Source: the human T2T-CHM13v2.0 reference genome, Homo sapiens. From it: a stretch of DNA of 64,000 nt. Below the pieces are notes generated by a model, which did no database searches, was not told the DNA's origin, and saw only the letters and a list, made by a program, of their open reading frames with translations. The position numbers were made by a program, and so were the translations under genes. Shown here piece by piece: positions 24,485 to 38,860 of the stretch (position 1 is the first letter of the stretch; each line of letters begins with the position of its first letter). The stretch lies in the NCBI RefSeq assembly GCF_009914755.1, contig NC_060925.1; one strand, written 5' to 3'.

Positions 24485-27400
24485 GTACCATGCTGTTTTT
24501 GGTTACTGTAGCCTTGCAGTATAATTTGAAGTCAGGTAGCGTGATGTCTTCAGCTTTGTTCTTTTTACTTGGAATTGTCTTGGCTATAAAGGGTCGTCTT
24601 TGATTACAAATGAAATTTAAAATAGTTTTTTTCTAATTCTGTTAAAAATGTCAATGGTAGTTTTATGGAATAGCACTGAATCTATACATTACTTTGGGCC
24701 ATATGGCCATTTTCGCTATATTGATTCTTCCTATCTATAAGGATGGAATGTTCTTCCGTTTGTGTCTGTCCTCTCTTATTTCCTTGAGCAGTGGTTTGTA
24801 GTTCTCCTTGAAGAGTTCTGTCATGTCTCATTAGCCATATTCCTAGGTATTTTATTCTCTTTGTAGCAATTGTGAGTGGGAGTTCATTTATAATTTGCCT
24901 CCCTTATTGTCTATTGTTGGTGTGAAGGAATGCTTGTGATTTTTGCATATTGATTTTGTATCCTGAGACTTTGCTGAAGTTGCTTATCAGTTAAAGGAGT
25001 TTTTGGGCTGAGACGATGGGGTTTCCTAAATATACAGTAACGTCTTCTGCAAACAGAGACAATTTGACTTCCTCTCCTCCTCTCTGAATACTCTTTATTT
25101 CTTTCTTTTGCCTAATTGCCCTGGCCAGAACTTCCAATACTGTGTCGATTTGAAGTGGTGAGAGAAGACATCCTCATCTTGTACTGGTTTTCAAAAGGAA
25201 CGCTTCCAACTTTTGCTCATTCAATATGATATTGACTGTGAGTTTGTCATAAATAGCTCTTATTATTTTGAGATATGTTCCATCAATTGCTAGTTTATTG
25301 AGAGTTTTTAACATGAGGAATGTTGAATATTGTCAAAAGGCTTTTTTGCATCTACTGAGGTAATCATGTGGTTTTTGTCTTTCATTCTGTTTATGTGATG
25401 GATTACATTTCTTGATTTGCATATGTTGAACCAGACTTGCATCCCAGGGATGAAGCTGACTTGATCGTGGTGTATAAGTTTTTTGATGTGCTTCTGGATT
25501 CGGTTTGCCAGTATTTTACTGAAGATTTTCACATCGATGTTCATCAGGGATATTGGCCTGAAATTTTTTTCTTTGTTCTGTCTCTTCCTGGTTTTGGTGT
25601 CAAGACGATGCTGGCTTCATCACATGAGTTAGGCAGGAGTCCCTTCTTTTCAACTCTTTGGAATAGTTTCAGAGAAATAGTACCAGCTATCCTTTGTATT
25701 TCTAGTAGAATTTAGCTGTGAATCCATCCGGTCTTGGGCTTTTTTTGGTTGGTTTGCTATTAATTACTCCCTCAATTTCAGAACTTGTTATTGGTCTATT
25801 CAGAGATTCGACTTCTTCCTGGTTTAGTTTGGGAGGGTGTATATTTCCAGGAATTTATTCATTTCTTCTAGATTTTCTAGTTTATTTGCATATAGGTGTT
25901 TACAGTGTTTTCTGGTGGCAGTTTGTATTTCTGTGGGGTCAGTGGTGATATCTCCTTTATCATGTTTTATTGTGTCTATTTGATTCTTCTCTCTTTTCTT
26001 CTTTATTAATCTAGCTAGCAGTCTATATATTTGGTTGATATTTTTTCAAAAACACAGCTCTTGGATTCATTAACATTTTTGGGATTTTTTGTGTGTGTGT
26101 CTCTATCTTCTTCAGTTCTTCTCTGATCTTAGTTATTTCTTGTCTTCTGCTAGCTTTTAGATTAGTTTGTTATTGCTTCTCTAGTTCCTATAATTGTGAT
26201 GTTAGGGTGTTGATTTGAGCTCTTTCAAAGTTTCCGACGTGGCCATTAGTTGCTATAAATTTCCCTCTTATCACTGCTTTAGCTATGTCCCAGAGAATCT
26301 GGTACATTGTCTCTTTGTTCTCATTGGTTTCATAGAACTTTCTTGATTCCTGCCTTAGTTTCATTATTTATCCATGAGTCATTCAGGAGCATTGTTCAAT
26401 TTCCATGTAATTGTTTGGTTTTGAGTGAGTTTCTTAATCTTGATTTCTAATTTGATTGCACCATAGTCTGATAGACTATTTGTTATGATTTCAGTTCTTT
26501 TGCATTTGCTGAGGAGTGTTTTACTTCCAATTATGTGGTCGATTTTAGAATAAGTGCCATATGGCACTGAGAAGAATGTACATTCTGTTGATTTGGGGTA
26601 GTGAGTTTTGTAGACATCTACTAGGTCTACTTGATCCAGAGCTGAGTTCAAGTCCTGAATATTCTTGTTAATTTTTGGTCTCATTGATCTGCCTAATACT
26701 AACAGTGGGGTGTTAAAATCTCCCACTATTATTGTGTTGGAGCCTAAGTCTCTTCGTAGGTCTCTAAGAACTTGTTTTGTGAATCTGGGTGCTCCTGTAT
26801 TGGGTGCATATATATTTAGAATAGCTAGCTCTTCTTGTTGAATTGTTCCCTTTACCATTATGTAATGCCCTTCTTTGTCTTTTTCGATATCTGTAGGTTT
26901 AAAGTCTGTATGTCAGAGACTAGAATTGCAACCCCTGCTTTTTTTTGCTTTCCATTTGATTGGTAAATTTTTCTTCATCCCTTTATTTTGAGCTTATGTG
27001 TGTCTTCGCACCTGAAATGGGTCTCCTAAATATAGCACACCAATGAGTCTTGACTCTTTATTCAATTTGCCAGTCTGTGTCTTTTAACTGGGGCATTTAG
27101 CCAATTTACATTTAAGGTTAGTATTGTTGTGTGTGAATTTAATCCTGTCATCATGTTCATCATACTGCTATTTGTTTATTTTGCACACTAGTTTATGCGG
27201 TTTCTTCACAGTGTCATTGGTCTTTATATTTTGGTGTGTTTTTGCAATGGGTGGTACCCACTTTTCCTTTCCATATTCAGTGCTTCTTTCAGGAGCTCTT
27301 GCAGAGCAGGCCTGATGGTAATAAAATCCTCAGCATTTGCTTGTCTGAAAAAGATTTTATTTCTCTTTTGCTTATGAAGCTTAGTTTGGCTGTATATGAA

Positions 27401-27948
27401 ATTCTAGGTTGAAAAATGTTTTCTTTAAGAATGTTGAATATTGGTCCCCAATCTCTTCTGGCTTGTAGAGTTTCTGCTGAAAAGTCTGCTGTTAGCCTGA
27501 TGGGCTTCCCTTTGTAGGTGACCCGGCCTTTGTCTCTGGCTGTACTTAACAGTTTTTCCTTCACTTCAACCTTGGAGAAAGTGATTTTTATTTGTCTTGG
27601 GGTTGATCTTCTTGTGGAGTATCTTCATGGTGTTCTCTGTATTTCCTGAATTTGCATGTTGGCCTGTCTTTGTAGGTTGGGGAAGTTCTTCTGGATAATA
27701 TCCTGAAGCGTGTTTTCCAGCTCATTTCCATTCTCCCCATCTACTTCTGGTACTCCAATCAGTTGTAGGTTCGGTTTTTTTTACGAAGTCCCGTATTTTT
27801 TTGGAAGCTTTGTTCATTCCTTTTAATTGTTTTTTTCTTTAGTCTTGACTACACGCCTTATTTCAGCAAGGTGGTCGTCAAACTCTGATATCCTTTCTTC
27901 TGTTTGGTCGATTCGGCTATTGATACTTGTGTATGCATCAAAAGTTTT
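24481..27948 (-). mobile_element. L1PA (older primate-specific, roughly L1PA7-L1PA11-like) internal fragment: partial ORF1 plus ORF2 EN/RT
   Basis: Minus-strand ORFs 27289-27564 (ORF1p: GRVTYKGKPIRLTADFSAETLQARRDW), 26379-26858 (EN: ILNIYAPNTGAPRF...IVGDFNTPL) and 25308-25544 (RT). ORF2 ATG at 27151. No 5' UTR, 3' UTR or poly-A. Confidence 0.96.
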
Positions 27949-29403
27949 TCACATTTGGTGAAATATATAAATTTACACACTCAAGAATTTCAGAAAAATA
28001 AGGCAGGATAAATATAATGGAAACCTTACCTTGTTACAAAATTATCAAATTGCTGAACACCAAAGATGAATAAAATAGCTTGCAATCAGCCAGAGTAAAT
28101 CAACATATTGAGAAAATGAAGACAATTATTTGAATGACTGAAAATTTCTAATAAAAAACATGAAGACCAGAAAAGGGTGAAGCAGGATCTTTAAAGTATT
28201 ACAAGGAAAAATAAGAATCTCCAATTTCTACAGTTAGCAAAAATAATCTTAAAGAAGAAAAACAAAATCAGAACTTATTTTACATAAAAGAAATGTGTGG
28301 CCAGCAGACCAATACTAAAATAAATGTTACAAAGGGTTTCCTCAGGTTAAATGGAAATAATACCAAAGGTACAATTGGGTGTTCAGTAATGAATGAAGAA
28401 CATTGAATATAACAAATATTGGGGAAAATCTAACAGAATCATTTTTTTCTCTTAAGTTCTTTACAATAGGCATATGGCGGTGTAAAGCAAACATTAAAAT
28501 ATTGTCTCAAGAAGGTTTCAGTGTATATAAATAAAGTTCATATGATAACTACAACAAAAAATGGGGAGTGTGTACCTATAAAGACCTATATGGTTGCAAG
28601 ATTTCTATATTTTACATATAACTAGATTGTGAATGTTTAAATATGTAACTACAGTAGCACACCCATTATTTAAAAGAATATAAAGTCAAATTTATATTTT
28701 AAAAGATAAAAAGATATATAAATAAACAGCCATATACATAAAATTACTATTTGGAAATAAAACAACACACTGCTAATAGGTCATTGATTGATCAAAGAGA
28801 AAATCAAAAGTGAAATGAGAAAAAAGTTAATATTGTTAATATATCTATTCTTAAATATAACTATTCTTTTTAAATTCAACTGTTAGTATATCTATTCTTA
28901 AATATTTCTCATTTCTCTTAAAGTGAGAAAAATCTCAATATTGTTAATATGTCTATTCTTAACAAGTCAAAATTTTCACAACATATTAAAGAAAAGGTAA
29001 TTTTAAATTTCATATGAAAAATGAACAATCTAGAACAACAAAACCAATGTGAAAAAATTTCCTTAAAAAGTTAGAGAATTTATAACCACCTTATTTCAAC
29101 AATATAAATCTATGCTCTGTATTGTGTTATTAACATGAAGACAGATATATCACGAGTGAAATAAAATAAAGAATCTAGAAATAGTTCCAAATATATAGTC
29201 AATTGATTTTTGACAAATATGTCAATTTAACAGGAAAAGAATAATCTTTTCAAATATAGCAATGAAAAAATTGGATACAAATATTCCAAAATACACACAT
29301 TCACAAACACAACAAAAAATTGGACCTACTTCACAACAAATACAAAATTAATTCAAAATTAGTCATAAGTATAAGAGCTAACATTACAAAACTCCTTTCA
29401 GAG

Positions 29404-29611
29404 CAAGGGTCAGCAAATTATGATATATAGTCTAGCTGCCTACTTTTCTACATATTTATTCTAACATAATCATTTCCATTCATTGGTGTATTATTTATAA
29501 TTGTTCTTATTCTATCACAACAGATTTGAGTAGTTGGAGCAAAAATCATATGGCCTGCAGGCCTAACGTATTTACTATCTAGTCCTTTAATAAAATGTTT
29601 GACTATTCCTA
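29404..29611 (+). mobile_element. MER58A hAT-Charlie DNA transposon
   Basis: caagggtcagcaaattatg...gagtagttggagcaaaaatcatatggcctgcaggcctaacgtatttactatctagtccttt...tttgactattccta with terminal inverted repeats. Confidence 0.85.
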
Positions 29612-29895
29612 TACAAGAAGAAAGCATAAACAAAAATCTGAATGACCTCAGTATAAGAAAAGATTTCTTAAATATACACAAAAAATGCAATCTATAAAAC
29701 ATCAATAAGTTAAATTTTTTTTAATTTTGTATTTTCAAAGGACAGTTTTATTTCTTATATTTGTATAAAAATAAAACTCAAGCCATGTACTGGGATAAAA
29801 TATATACAGCACATATGTCTTTACATGTACTTATACCTAGAATATATAACTTCTATAATTTAATAAGTAGACAAAATGTTTTAAAATTGGCCAAG

Positions 29896-30179
29896 TTTTT
29901 TTTTAGAGTTTCACTGTCACCCAGGCTGGAGTGCAGTGGTAAGATCTCGGCTCACTGCGACTTCTACTTCTCAGGTTCCAGCAATCCTCCCATCTCAGCC
30001 TCCTGAATAGCTGAGATGACAAGCATGTGCTTCAGTGCCCAGCTAAATTTTGTAATTTTTGTAGAGGTGAGGTTTTGCTATTTTACCCAGGCTGGTTTCG
30101 AACTCCTGAACTCAAGAGATCTGCTCTCTTCGACCTCCCAAAATGCTAGGATTACAGGCATGAGCCACTGTGCCCAGCC
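29896..30179 (-). mobile_element. Alu (AluJ-like)
   Basis: Diverged antisense dimer; TSD aaatt(g/t)gccaag at 29884 and 30180. Confidence 0.93.
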
Positions 30180-31014
30180 AAATTTGCCAAGATTTTTAAC
30201 TGGCATTCTGCAAAGGCATTTACAGAGATAGAAAATAAGCACATGGGAATACATTTAACATTATTAATATTTGAGGAAATGAAATTGAAATCACAGTGAA
30301 ATACCACTACTCATCCAATAGAATGGTTAAATTTTAGAGACTGGCCATACAAGTTCTGCAACTGATAAGAAACAACTGCTGTTGGAAACACATGATATAA
30401 TCGTTTCTGGAAAAATATTACTTTTCAAAAAGTTAAATACGTATCTATCACATGACCCAGCCATTACACTCCTGGGCAATTACCAAAAGGAAATGAGAGT
30501 GTATGTGCATGACTTGTCCATGAATTTTCATAGTAGATTTAGTTTTAGAAGCCACAATCTGAGAGGAAAAAAGTACTCTTCAAAAGATAAAGTTTAACAA
30601 ACTATACACCACTCTATGCCATGGAATATTATTCACCCTTAAATATAAATGAACTGATGATACATTCAATAACATGAATCAACTTCAACATAATTATGCT
30701 GTTTAAAATGTCAGATAATCAATCAATACCACATAAACCAATTTATACAAATTCTAGAAATAGAAAACAAATACAGAAAGAAAGGAGATCAAGAGCTCAG
30801 TGAGTTATTGGGGATGAGGGGTAGAAAATGGGAGGGATAAATTACAAAGAGTCATGAATAAATAATTAGGGATGTGAAATGTCCTTATTATCTAGAGTGT
30901 GATACCCATGTGATTTTATGGGTATATTCATATGACAAAAAATAGTGTATATTAAATATGTGTTGATTATTGTGTGGCAATTATATATCAGTAAAGCTGT
31001 TAAACAGTTTTTTT

Positions 31015-31276
31015 CTTCAGTGAGGCCTTCTTATATCACTATATATAAAATTTCACTTATCTTCTTGACTTTTCTATTTCCCCTTCTTTATTTTATTTAT
31101 TTTTTACTTTAATTTTTTTCACTGTATAAAACATCCAATTATTTCAACTTACTTGTGAGTGGTATATATTTGTATCTGTTTTGTTTACTATTTTATCTTC
31201 ACTGACTAGAAAATACCTCACACAAAGTAAATGCATACTAAATATTTGTTGATGAATAAATCATTTAATGAATGAG
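31015..31276 (+). mobile_element. L2 3' end
   Basis: cttcagtgaggccttc...tttgtttactatt...taaatatttgttgatgaataaatc..aatgaatga terminus. Confidence 0.7.
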
Positions 31277-31844
31277 AATGACAGTTTGGTAGTATTAGCT
31301 AATTATATATCTCAGTGGGGTCAAGGAGTAGTTAGAACTGGGTTACTAGAAGAAGTGAGAAGAAAAGGTAAGAGGTAATGGCCACAGAGATGGATATTTG
31401 AAATAAGTTATTTGAGGGGTTATATTTACTGGCAATGTTACCATTGCCAGACCATCTAATTTCTGAATTAGGACCATAGGGGTGAATTAGCAGGAAGCAT
31501 GCAGAAAGGAAATAGATCAAGAAATTAAGAGGTCAGAATTTTGAAAATCTCATCTTTATTTCAATTTATGTCAAATTTAAGAGCAAAGAAAGGTATTTTC
31601 ACTGTTACGTATAAAAGCATTCTCTGAAGTTATAGTAATAAAAATATTTTGGTATTGTTTAAGAACACATGTGACATATGTCACAAAATTAAAATAGAAG
31701 ACTCAGAGATATATGAATATATGAGGACATGATGTTTGGTAAATTTAGAATGCCTAATGAATGGGGAAGAGGTGAAATGTGTTTTGTGCAATACTTGGAA
31801 AAATTACTCACAGAATGTGAAAAAAAAAAGTTAACCTTGATAAA

Positions 31845-32800
31845 CTTTCAGCTTCTGCTTAGGTTGCAGGAAGCTTAAAATAGTGTAGCTTCCACATTTA
31901 CAACAAAATAAGCCAGATAATGCACAAAATACAAAGCCTTTAAAAAAAAAAAACTCAATAGAAAGCTAAGATTACTATGAAACTAAGAAACCTGAAAAAA
32001 CAGATCTCTTCAAAGGAGAGATGACATGACTATCGCCTGGGGCAGATGTCAAACACCATATATTATGGAGGGCAGTGAGAAGAATGAAGCTAAAATATGT
32101 AATGAATTTCTAAAAGGTAAACTGATCTGGTACTCCTGGAATTCACAGAAACAAGAGAAATTTGTTCCCATTTATAGTCTTTTCTTCGTGAACCTCACCA
32201 GGCTTTCTTTCACAAGATAGACTAGAAGTTGGGTTGAAGTCCTCAGACAGATCTCTCTCATGGAGTAGTCCTGGGGAAGCAGATCAGCAGCTATATGAGA
32301 AAAGGCATGAAGACCCACTTGGACTCTTGTCTCCCATATTCCCTATGAAACAAAATATTTAAGCCATTTGGGAAAGGGCAACAAACTCCTCACCCATAGG
32401 GCACAAATGAAGACCCAGTAGGACGTGGGAAGGCTCTTGTCTCAGAACATCAAAAGTCTCCTACAGCAAGAGGAGGAGGGGAAATGTAAGAGACTGAAGG
32501 TAAAACAAGAGGAATATGTCCTACTCCCCCACTCAATACCAATTCCAGGCTACCACAGAGTAAAATAACAAGTAACAGCAATCTATTCTTGGGGAAGTTA
32601 GAAAGGAGAAAAATATTCTCTAAGGAAGAATGGCAAAGAAAAGACTCTAAAGCTGAGGTTGGATCAAACATTAAGAACAACTCACTTGTAAATTAGCCCC
32701 TATACGCATTACAAGATAACTCTAGAAATATTTAAAGTCTGTAGTGCTGTGAGGGTTGTAATAGCAACAAGAAAACCTAAATGCTGCTCAAATACGAACT
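31845..32800 (+). mobile_element. Old L1M 5'-region remnant
   Basis: Resembles ancient L1M 5' UTR/ORF1-proximal sequence (catttacaacaaaataagccagataa; ctagaaatatttaaagtctgtagtgc...atagcaacaagaaaaccta). Confidence 0.45.
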
Positions 32801-34634
32801 CAGTTGGCTCAGCCTTCGGACTGGCAATAATTAAAAAGTCAGATAAGGCCAACAAGTGGGATATGACAGCACATAAATTTGTATGCATAGTTGTAAACAT
32901 ATAGACTTTTACAACCATGTAAACTTATGGCCTATTTCTGAGAAAAATTCTCCCCGATGTCCATTAAAAAAATGTTCATTGTTTGTGGTAACTGGCAGTT
33001 GGGGAAAACTGGTTTCCGGTAGTAGGGAAATTGATAAAAAAAAAAGTAGATAGATTTACCCAATGAAATAATATTCACTTGTTAAAAGCAATATATGAGA
33101 AGACTATACAATTGATGTTTACATCTTAAAAGTATAATGCTGTGAGGTAAAGAAAAAATATATCTATAGCATAATATCATTTCAGAACAAAAATGCATGC
33201 ACCTAAAACAAATTAAAAATAAACCTTATGTATTAACATTTAACAAGGACATGTATCAGTAAAAGGGTATGGATTATCATGGAGAAATTTGGAAACAGGG
33301 TTTGAGGAATAAAGTAAATAAACAAATATGCAAATAAAATAGGAGTGGGCCTTCATGAGAGTTGATGTCAACTCACTGCTATGAATACAAAAGAATAATT
33401 AAAGCAAATGTTTGCTCCTGAGCTAAATAATCAAGTAAACAAAATAAAATATGTAGTGGCCACTAAATATATGGTTCTTTCTTTTTTAATTATAGAAAAT
33501 TATTTAAATGCATGTAGGACATCTTTTTATGGATTGAAAAGGAGACATCTATCATCTACTGTTTACAAAGCTTTTTCACCTTTATTAATTGATAATAAAT
33601 CTCTTTTTATTTAGTCACCTCTAAAGAAACTTAAAGAGATGGTATTTCTTAATTCTCATTATAAATTCAACTTTTGTAAGATTTACATTGACAAAATGGA
33701 TATGAGACAATAAAAATAGTGTTTTTATACATTTTCTTGACTCTAGAAACTCTGGGAATGAATTACTATCTTCTAATATTATTGAAATCAGTAAAGTGAT
33801 AATTCTGATAGTGTCACAATAAAAATTTAAACAATACAAATGAAATTCATGAAAAGTTCTTACTTTAGAGACACTCATAGAGAGTTTCATAAAGTCTGCC
33901 AGCTTTCTGGTAGGTACAAAATATTGACATTTAAGACTCAATTTTCATTCAGATATCAGTTTTCAAAAGCATGTTGTATACCAAATTAAAAGTCATGCTT
34001 AGAATCGTTATCCAAATATTATCCAGAGAGAAAGATATGGACTGTGACTGTCTGGATATGTCAAATAAAACTTCAAAATATTTAACTCGAATATTTGTTG
34101 AAGAAAAACATGACTCTTTCAGCCAGTTACTGAGTTCTGAGTGTCATCCCCTCATCCAAATGTCTATGTTAACATACAAGGTTAAGTCCCTGTCATTGTT
34201 TCTGCAGTAACTCTCAAAAAGCAATTTACGGCTATATCTAGAATGACTAATTTTGATAAAACATATATATTATTTGCCTTAAAATAGAACAGATGAACTT
34301 CAATGGTTATAAATAAAATGATATATATTTAATAATATATATTTAAGATGACTTTCCATATTTCTTATATTTCATAGCAAGATAAACAATGTGAAAGTGA
34401 GTTGGAGAAAGAGGACCTATATAAAGTTAGTGTGCTAGATTGAAAATAACCTATTAATCCCTTTAAACCTATGACCATTTAACAAATGAATGGTAAGGTA
34501 CATGCTATATAATAGTATTAAACAATACGTCTTATGGTTGAAAATTTAAAAGTAAATGTATTAAATGTAATTAAATTTAAAATTAAAATTAAATGGCATT
34601 GGTGACGACATATTTCAAAAACAGTTTACAGCTC

Positions 34635-34838
34635 TGCTGTCCAACATGGTAACCAATAGCCACACATACCAATTTAAATTTAAGTAGGTAAACTTAAATA
34701 AAATGTAAAAGTCAATTCCTCAATTACGCTAGCTGCATTTCAAATACTCAGTAGCCTCGTGTGGCTAATGGCTACCATATCAGACAGTGGAGTTTTAGCA
34801 CATTTCAACCATCACAGAAAGGCCTATCGAACAGCATG
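34635..34838 (-). mobile_element. MER3 (hAT-Charlie) DNA transposon
   Basis: tgctgtccaacatggtaaccaatagccacac...tgtggctaatggctaccatatcagacag...catcacagaaaggcctatcgaacagc with the internal palindromic arms of MER3. Confidence 0.85.
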
Positions 34839-36629
34839 AGTAATAAAGAATACATTACATTAGTTGTTTGCTAAGACGAGATAGAAAAACCCACTCATTT
34901 AAAGAGCATCTGTCATGCTGATAACAAATTTGCTATAAAAAGAAACAAATGTACATTACATTATATAAATCTATATGGCACTAACAACAAGTAAAGCTGC
35001 ATATAAAATAAGAAGTCTTTTAAAAAATAATTTTATTAAAAATACCATTATCAAAGACTGTACACCTTGATGAAAGTTGTAAGGTTGTGTAATGTGCTTT
35101 ATAATGAGTTGACCTCATTAATGTATTAGCAATAATAATAAATAGAAAAAGAAACAACACAAGCTGAAACAAGCCTAATAAGAGAGCAATATAAAGGATT
35201 ATGATTAGTAGGTCACACTTGATGATGTCCTACTAAATATAAAATCACTCTATTAAAGATCAAACATAGCTTCTATTTTGGAATCCTCAAATGAAATGTT
35301 AATATCTAAAGATTTTTTTAAAAATGCAAATTTCTTCCTAGGAGATCAATTATTATTGTTATTTGGCCTTCCGAAGCATTTTGTATTCTACAACATACGT
35401 TTGCATTTGGAGCTTAGTTTTCAGGTCTAGCAGAATAGATCAAGGTAGATGTTTGGGCTTGAAGTCTGGCTGTATCTGTGCTTGAGATGCAGCTTAAGAC
35501 AGGTGGTTTGAGAGCTACACATAAGACATTTTTATTGATTAAGAAAGAAGTTCATCTACTTCAGCTATGGAAATTATAGTGTTAAAATTACTAAGGATTC
35601 AAGCATTCGATCTCATCTTAGTGGTTTTTTATTCCAAAGATAAACTCTATTCAATATTCTTTATTAAGTGTAGGCAGCTACTTAATGAAGAAAAACAAAT
35701 AACCAATAAATAGTGATATAATATTTGAACTCTATGCTATCCTAGATTCAGGCAACAGTCTCACAAGTGAAACAAAATAAAAAGTATATGAACAATTCAG
35801 CCATACTCTCACTGACATTAAGAAAGTAAATTTATAGTGAGCTGCCAACTAAGAGATCATATCTAATTTATAAGTGAAAATCATCAATATTTTATTAAAA
35901 CAATGAAATATTGTTTTATTTATATATTGATATGGAAAATTGAATGTATACATCTTACATGAAAGACATAAAAGATAAATTTTGTGTACATGAAAAAATA
36001 CCTTTCATATATCATATCATATGTATCTGCATTCTGACACTATGAAAGGAATTATGCAGTGAAAAGTTGGTGGGTATGCATGTATGACATTTCCAGTATC
36101 ATTTTCTTCTCTTCTCTCACCTCTCACTAGTACCACGACCAATACAATTCATGATGAGTAGCCAGCTCCCTCATGAAGAAAAGCAAATAACTAAAAAAAA
36201 CCCTGTAATTCAAAAAATGCATTGACAAATATGTTGTATAAAATATTAGCAGGTAAAAATATCACCTAAATGAAGACTAATCTCCCAATTGCTAAACTGG
36301 AAAAATTAATATTTTAAAACCAAAAATACCCTTAGGATTCTAGATATTTCTCAACCTGTCTCCAGTAAATTTTATTCTATTTCATCTTGTAGGAAGTTTG
36401 TATTTAAAAATACAATAAATTATGAAATTTCTACTTATTAATGTCATTCTTAATATTATAGAATGCATAATAACATATCAAGGATGTTTAAAAATTCTTG
36501 GTAAACATTTGGAGTAAAACTTTTAAAAATATATTTATCAGCATTTTAATTCATAACATTTTTGAACAACACATTTAGCAAAATACTTTTTTAGCTTAAA
36601 TAATTTAATTTATAAATGAGAGTTTGGAA

Positions 36630-37090
36630 TTATAAAGGTTAGGATTATTGAACTCCCCAAAGCACTACAAAATCTGTTAACAAAGCAAAGAATCCCACCT
36701 GATCAGTTTCTCAGAAAAGGTAAGTTACAAGTAAGATATTTATAGGGCTTTGGGGTCTGAGCTCACATAATTCAACGGGCCTTTCCAGGATTAAAAATGC
36801 GGTAGGCAAAATTTGTGACACAGTATCTTAGGATTAGAGGACTGAGGATCTTGATGTGCGTTAAAGAAGTAAGTCTTTATTTTACATATGAACTGCATGC
36901 TGCCATGACCAAAATACTGACTTCATTAAATTGACTTATAGGGATTTCCTCAAGCACACATTAAAATAATTTATTGTTTTACAGTCCTAACTCTGCAGCA
37001 AAATTTACCTGGAGCAAACTAAGTAATATTGACGTATGTGGTCCGTGTCATATCTAAGTTGTGGTGACAGGGTTGGTTTTAATTCTCACA
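36630..37090 (-). mobile_element. Probable old LTR remnant (family not resolved)
   Basis: ~460 bp ending ...ggttttaattctcaca; minus-strand TATA-like tttatag ~36739. Confidence 0.3.
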
Positions 37091-37479
37091 GTCTTTTTAT
37101 ATTCATTATTTAGTACGAGTTGGAAGATAGAGCATTACCAACTGATGAAATAATAATTTCAGATCTACTGCACTCTTTGAATATTCATGACCGTAGAGTG
37201 GCAGTTATTTGAGCCATTACATATGTTGGGTTTATCTGGTCTTTTAGACGAATGATTATTTGTTGAATCATTTGATGGGAGTGTCTGAATAACAGAGTTT
37301 GGGACTCTAGAGATCACACATTTGGATACTACAACCAAGATAAATATTAAGAGGCGGTTTGTGTTCAGAGTTTTTAGTCCACTTCTAAACTAGAAGCCAA
37401 TAGTGCATAAACTGAACCAAGAAAAGCAATCCTTGGTTCTCAGGGATTGAGAACTCAATACTAATATTCAATACTAGTA

Positions 37480-37640
37480 CTTTCAGGTATGAGAGTATTA
37501 GCAAAACTCAATAATTTCTTAAGTTTTTCCTTTGTTTCCTGGACTTTGATAATAATATTAAAGACCTCAGAGGGTTCACTAGAGGTTTGCGTACACAATT
37601 CTCCTAAAATAAAACGTGTATCTTTCAAAAACATAATATC
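37480..37640 (+). mobile_element. MIR remnant
   Basis: ttagcaaaactcaataatttcttaagtttttcc...ataataatattaaagacctcagagggtt resembles the MIR core. Confidence 0.4.
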
Positions 37641-38860
37641 ATGTCTATGTCTGCTCTTCCTTTTATTTTATTTATTTATTTATTTGTTGGTGAGAAGTCA
37701 TAACACCCCAATAGCATTTTCTAGCCCTGGCCAATCTCTGAACTATTGCATGCAAAATTTTTCTAATTTCTCATGTCTTTTTTATAGCATAATATGAAGA
37801 GATTTGAAAACATAACAAATAATTCATCTTGAGTTAAAGTTTGGGATCTCAGAACTCAATTTCTCCTCTTGATTCAAGTTATGGAGCAATCCCTATTTTC
37901 TATATTTTTCTTGTTTTTATTTTTATTTTGGTAAAAACAATTGAACAAAACTGAACTGTGTATGACATTTTTGAGACTTGTGGCAGTTAACAAAGATAAT
38001 AAGTTCATATCTAATTTGCTTTTAGTAACCAATAGGCTTTTGTGCCATACATTTAATACCATATTTTAGGAGGTGATCCAATAACTTGTTGCCAGGCAAA
38101 ATTTCCCCACTAAGCTAGGTATAATTTACTGTATAATTTTGGTAACATTCTGAGATAGGAGCATAATTAGATAGGCAGAATATAAAAAGAAAATAAATAA
38201 AGAATTAGGAAAAAATGAATCCAGAAAACTTTCATGCATAGTAAAACTTTTATGATTGTTATGAAATACATGTTGTCATTATCTGTTTGCTTCTTGAAAC
38301 TTACCTGTATGAAAGTTTGGTTACAGAAGGTATCCTTACAAATATTCTCTGGGTATTGTTTCATTGTTGTTCCCTTCATAGATGTGACATACAAAAGATT
38401 TTAGCATTTCGGTTGCCTTTTTTTCTTGTTTTTTGCTATATTACATCTTTAAAAAATCAGTAGAGTACATTACTTGTAAGACCATTTTTAAAATAATTCA
38501 TTGGTTCCAAAGGGAGAGGTTTGGCACTCAGAAAAAAAAGTGTCCAAATCACTACTGTTTGGCTTGATGTTTAGATTTTTGATTTGTAATTAAAAAAAAA
38601 AACTGAAGCCAATGGCTGGATTCTAATACCAAAGAGAGACTAAATACACAAACGAAAAATTTAAGGATAGAGACCTTGTTAATATCAAGGCTGAGATTTT
38701 TAAAAATGCGAACAATCTGGAACTTAATTCCAGAAAGGAGAAAATACAATAGCTAGATAACAGCATGCCAATTAAAATATAAAATTTGTGCCTACAATTA
38801 GATGCTCATGTCATGCAATTATTTTGATTCAAAAGTATTAGGGGAAGCCTTGTCTCTTTC

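Larger units (their letters stand above)
27945..31004 (+). mobile_element. Old L1MC/L1MD-like element (ORF1 part, internally deleted ORF2, 3' UTR)
   Basis: ORF1-like ttatcaaattgctgaacaccaaag...gcaatcagccagag; late ORF2 tcaattgatttttgacaaa and acatgacccagccattacactcctggg; 3' end caattatatatcagtaaagctgtt. Confidence 0.8.

Noticed and set aside
25308-27564. ORFs with endonuclease, RT and ORF1p similarity
   Set aside because: Fragments of a dead L1PA, not a novel RT-nuclease system; the frames are interrupted and the element lacks both ends.
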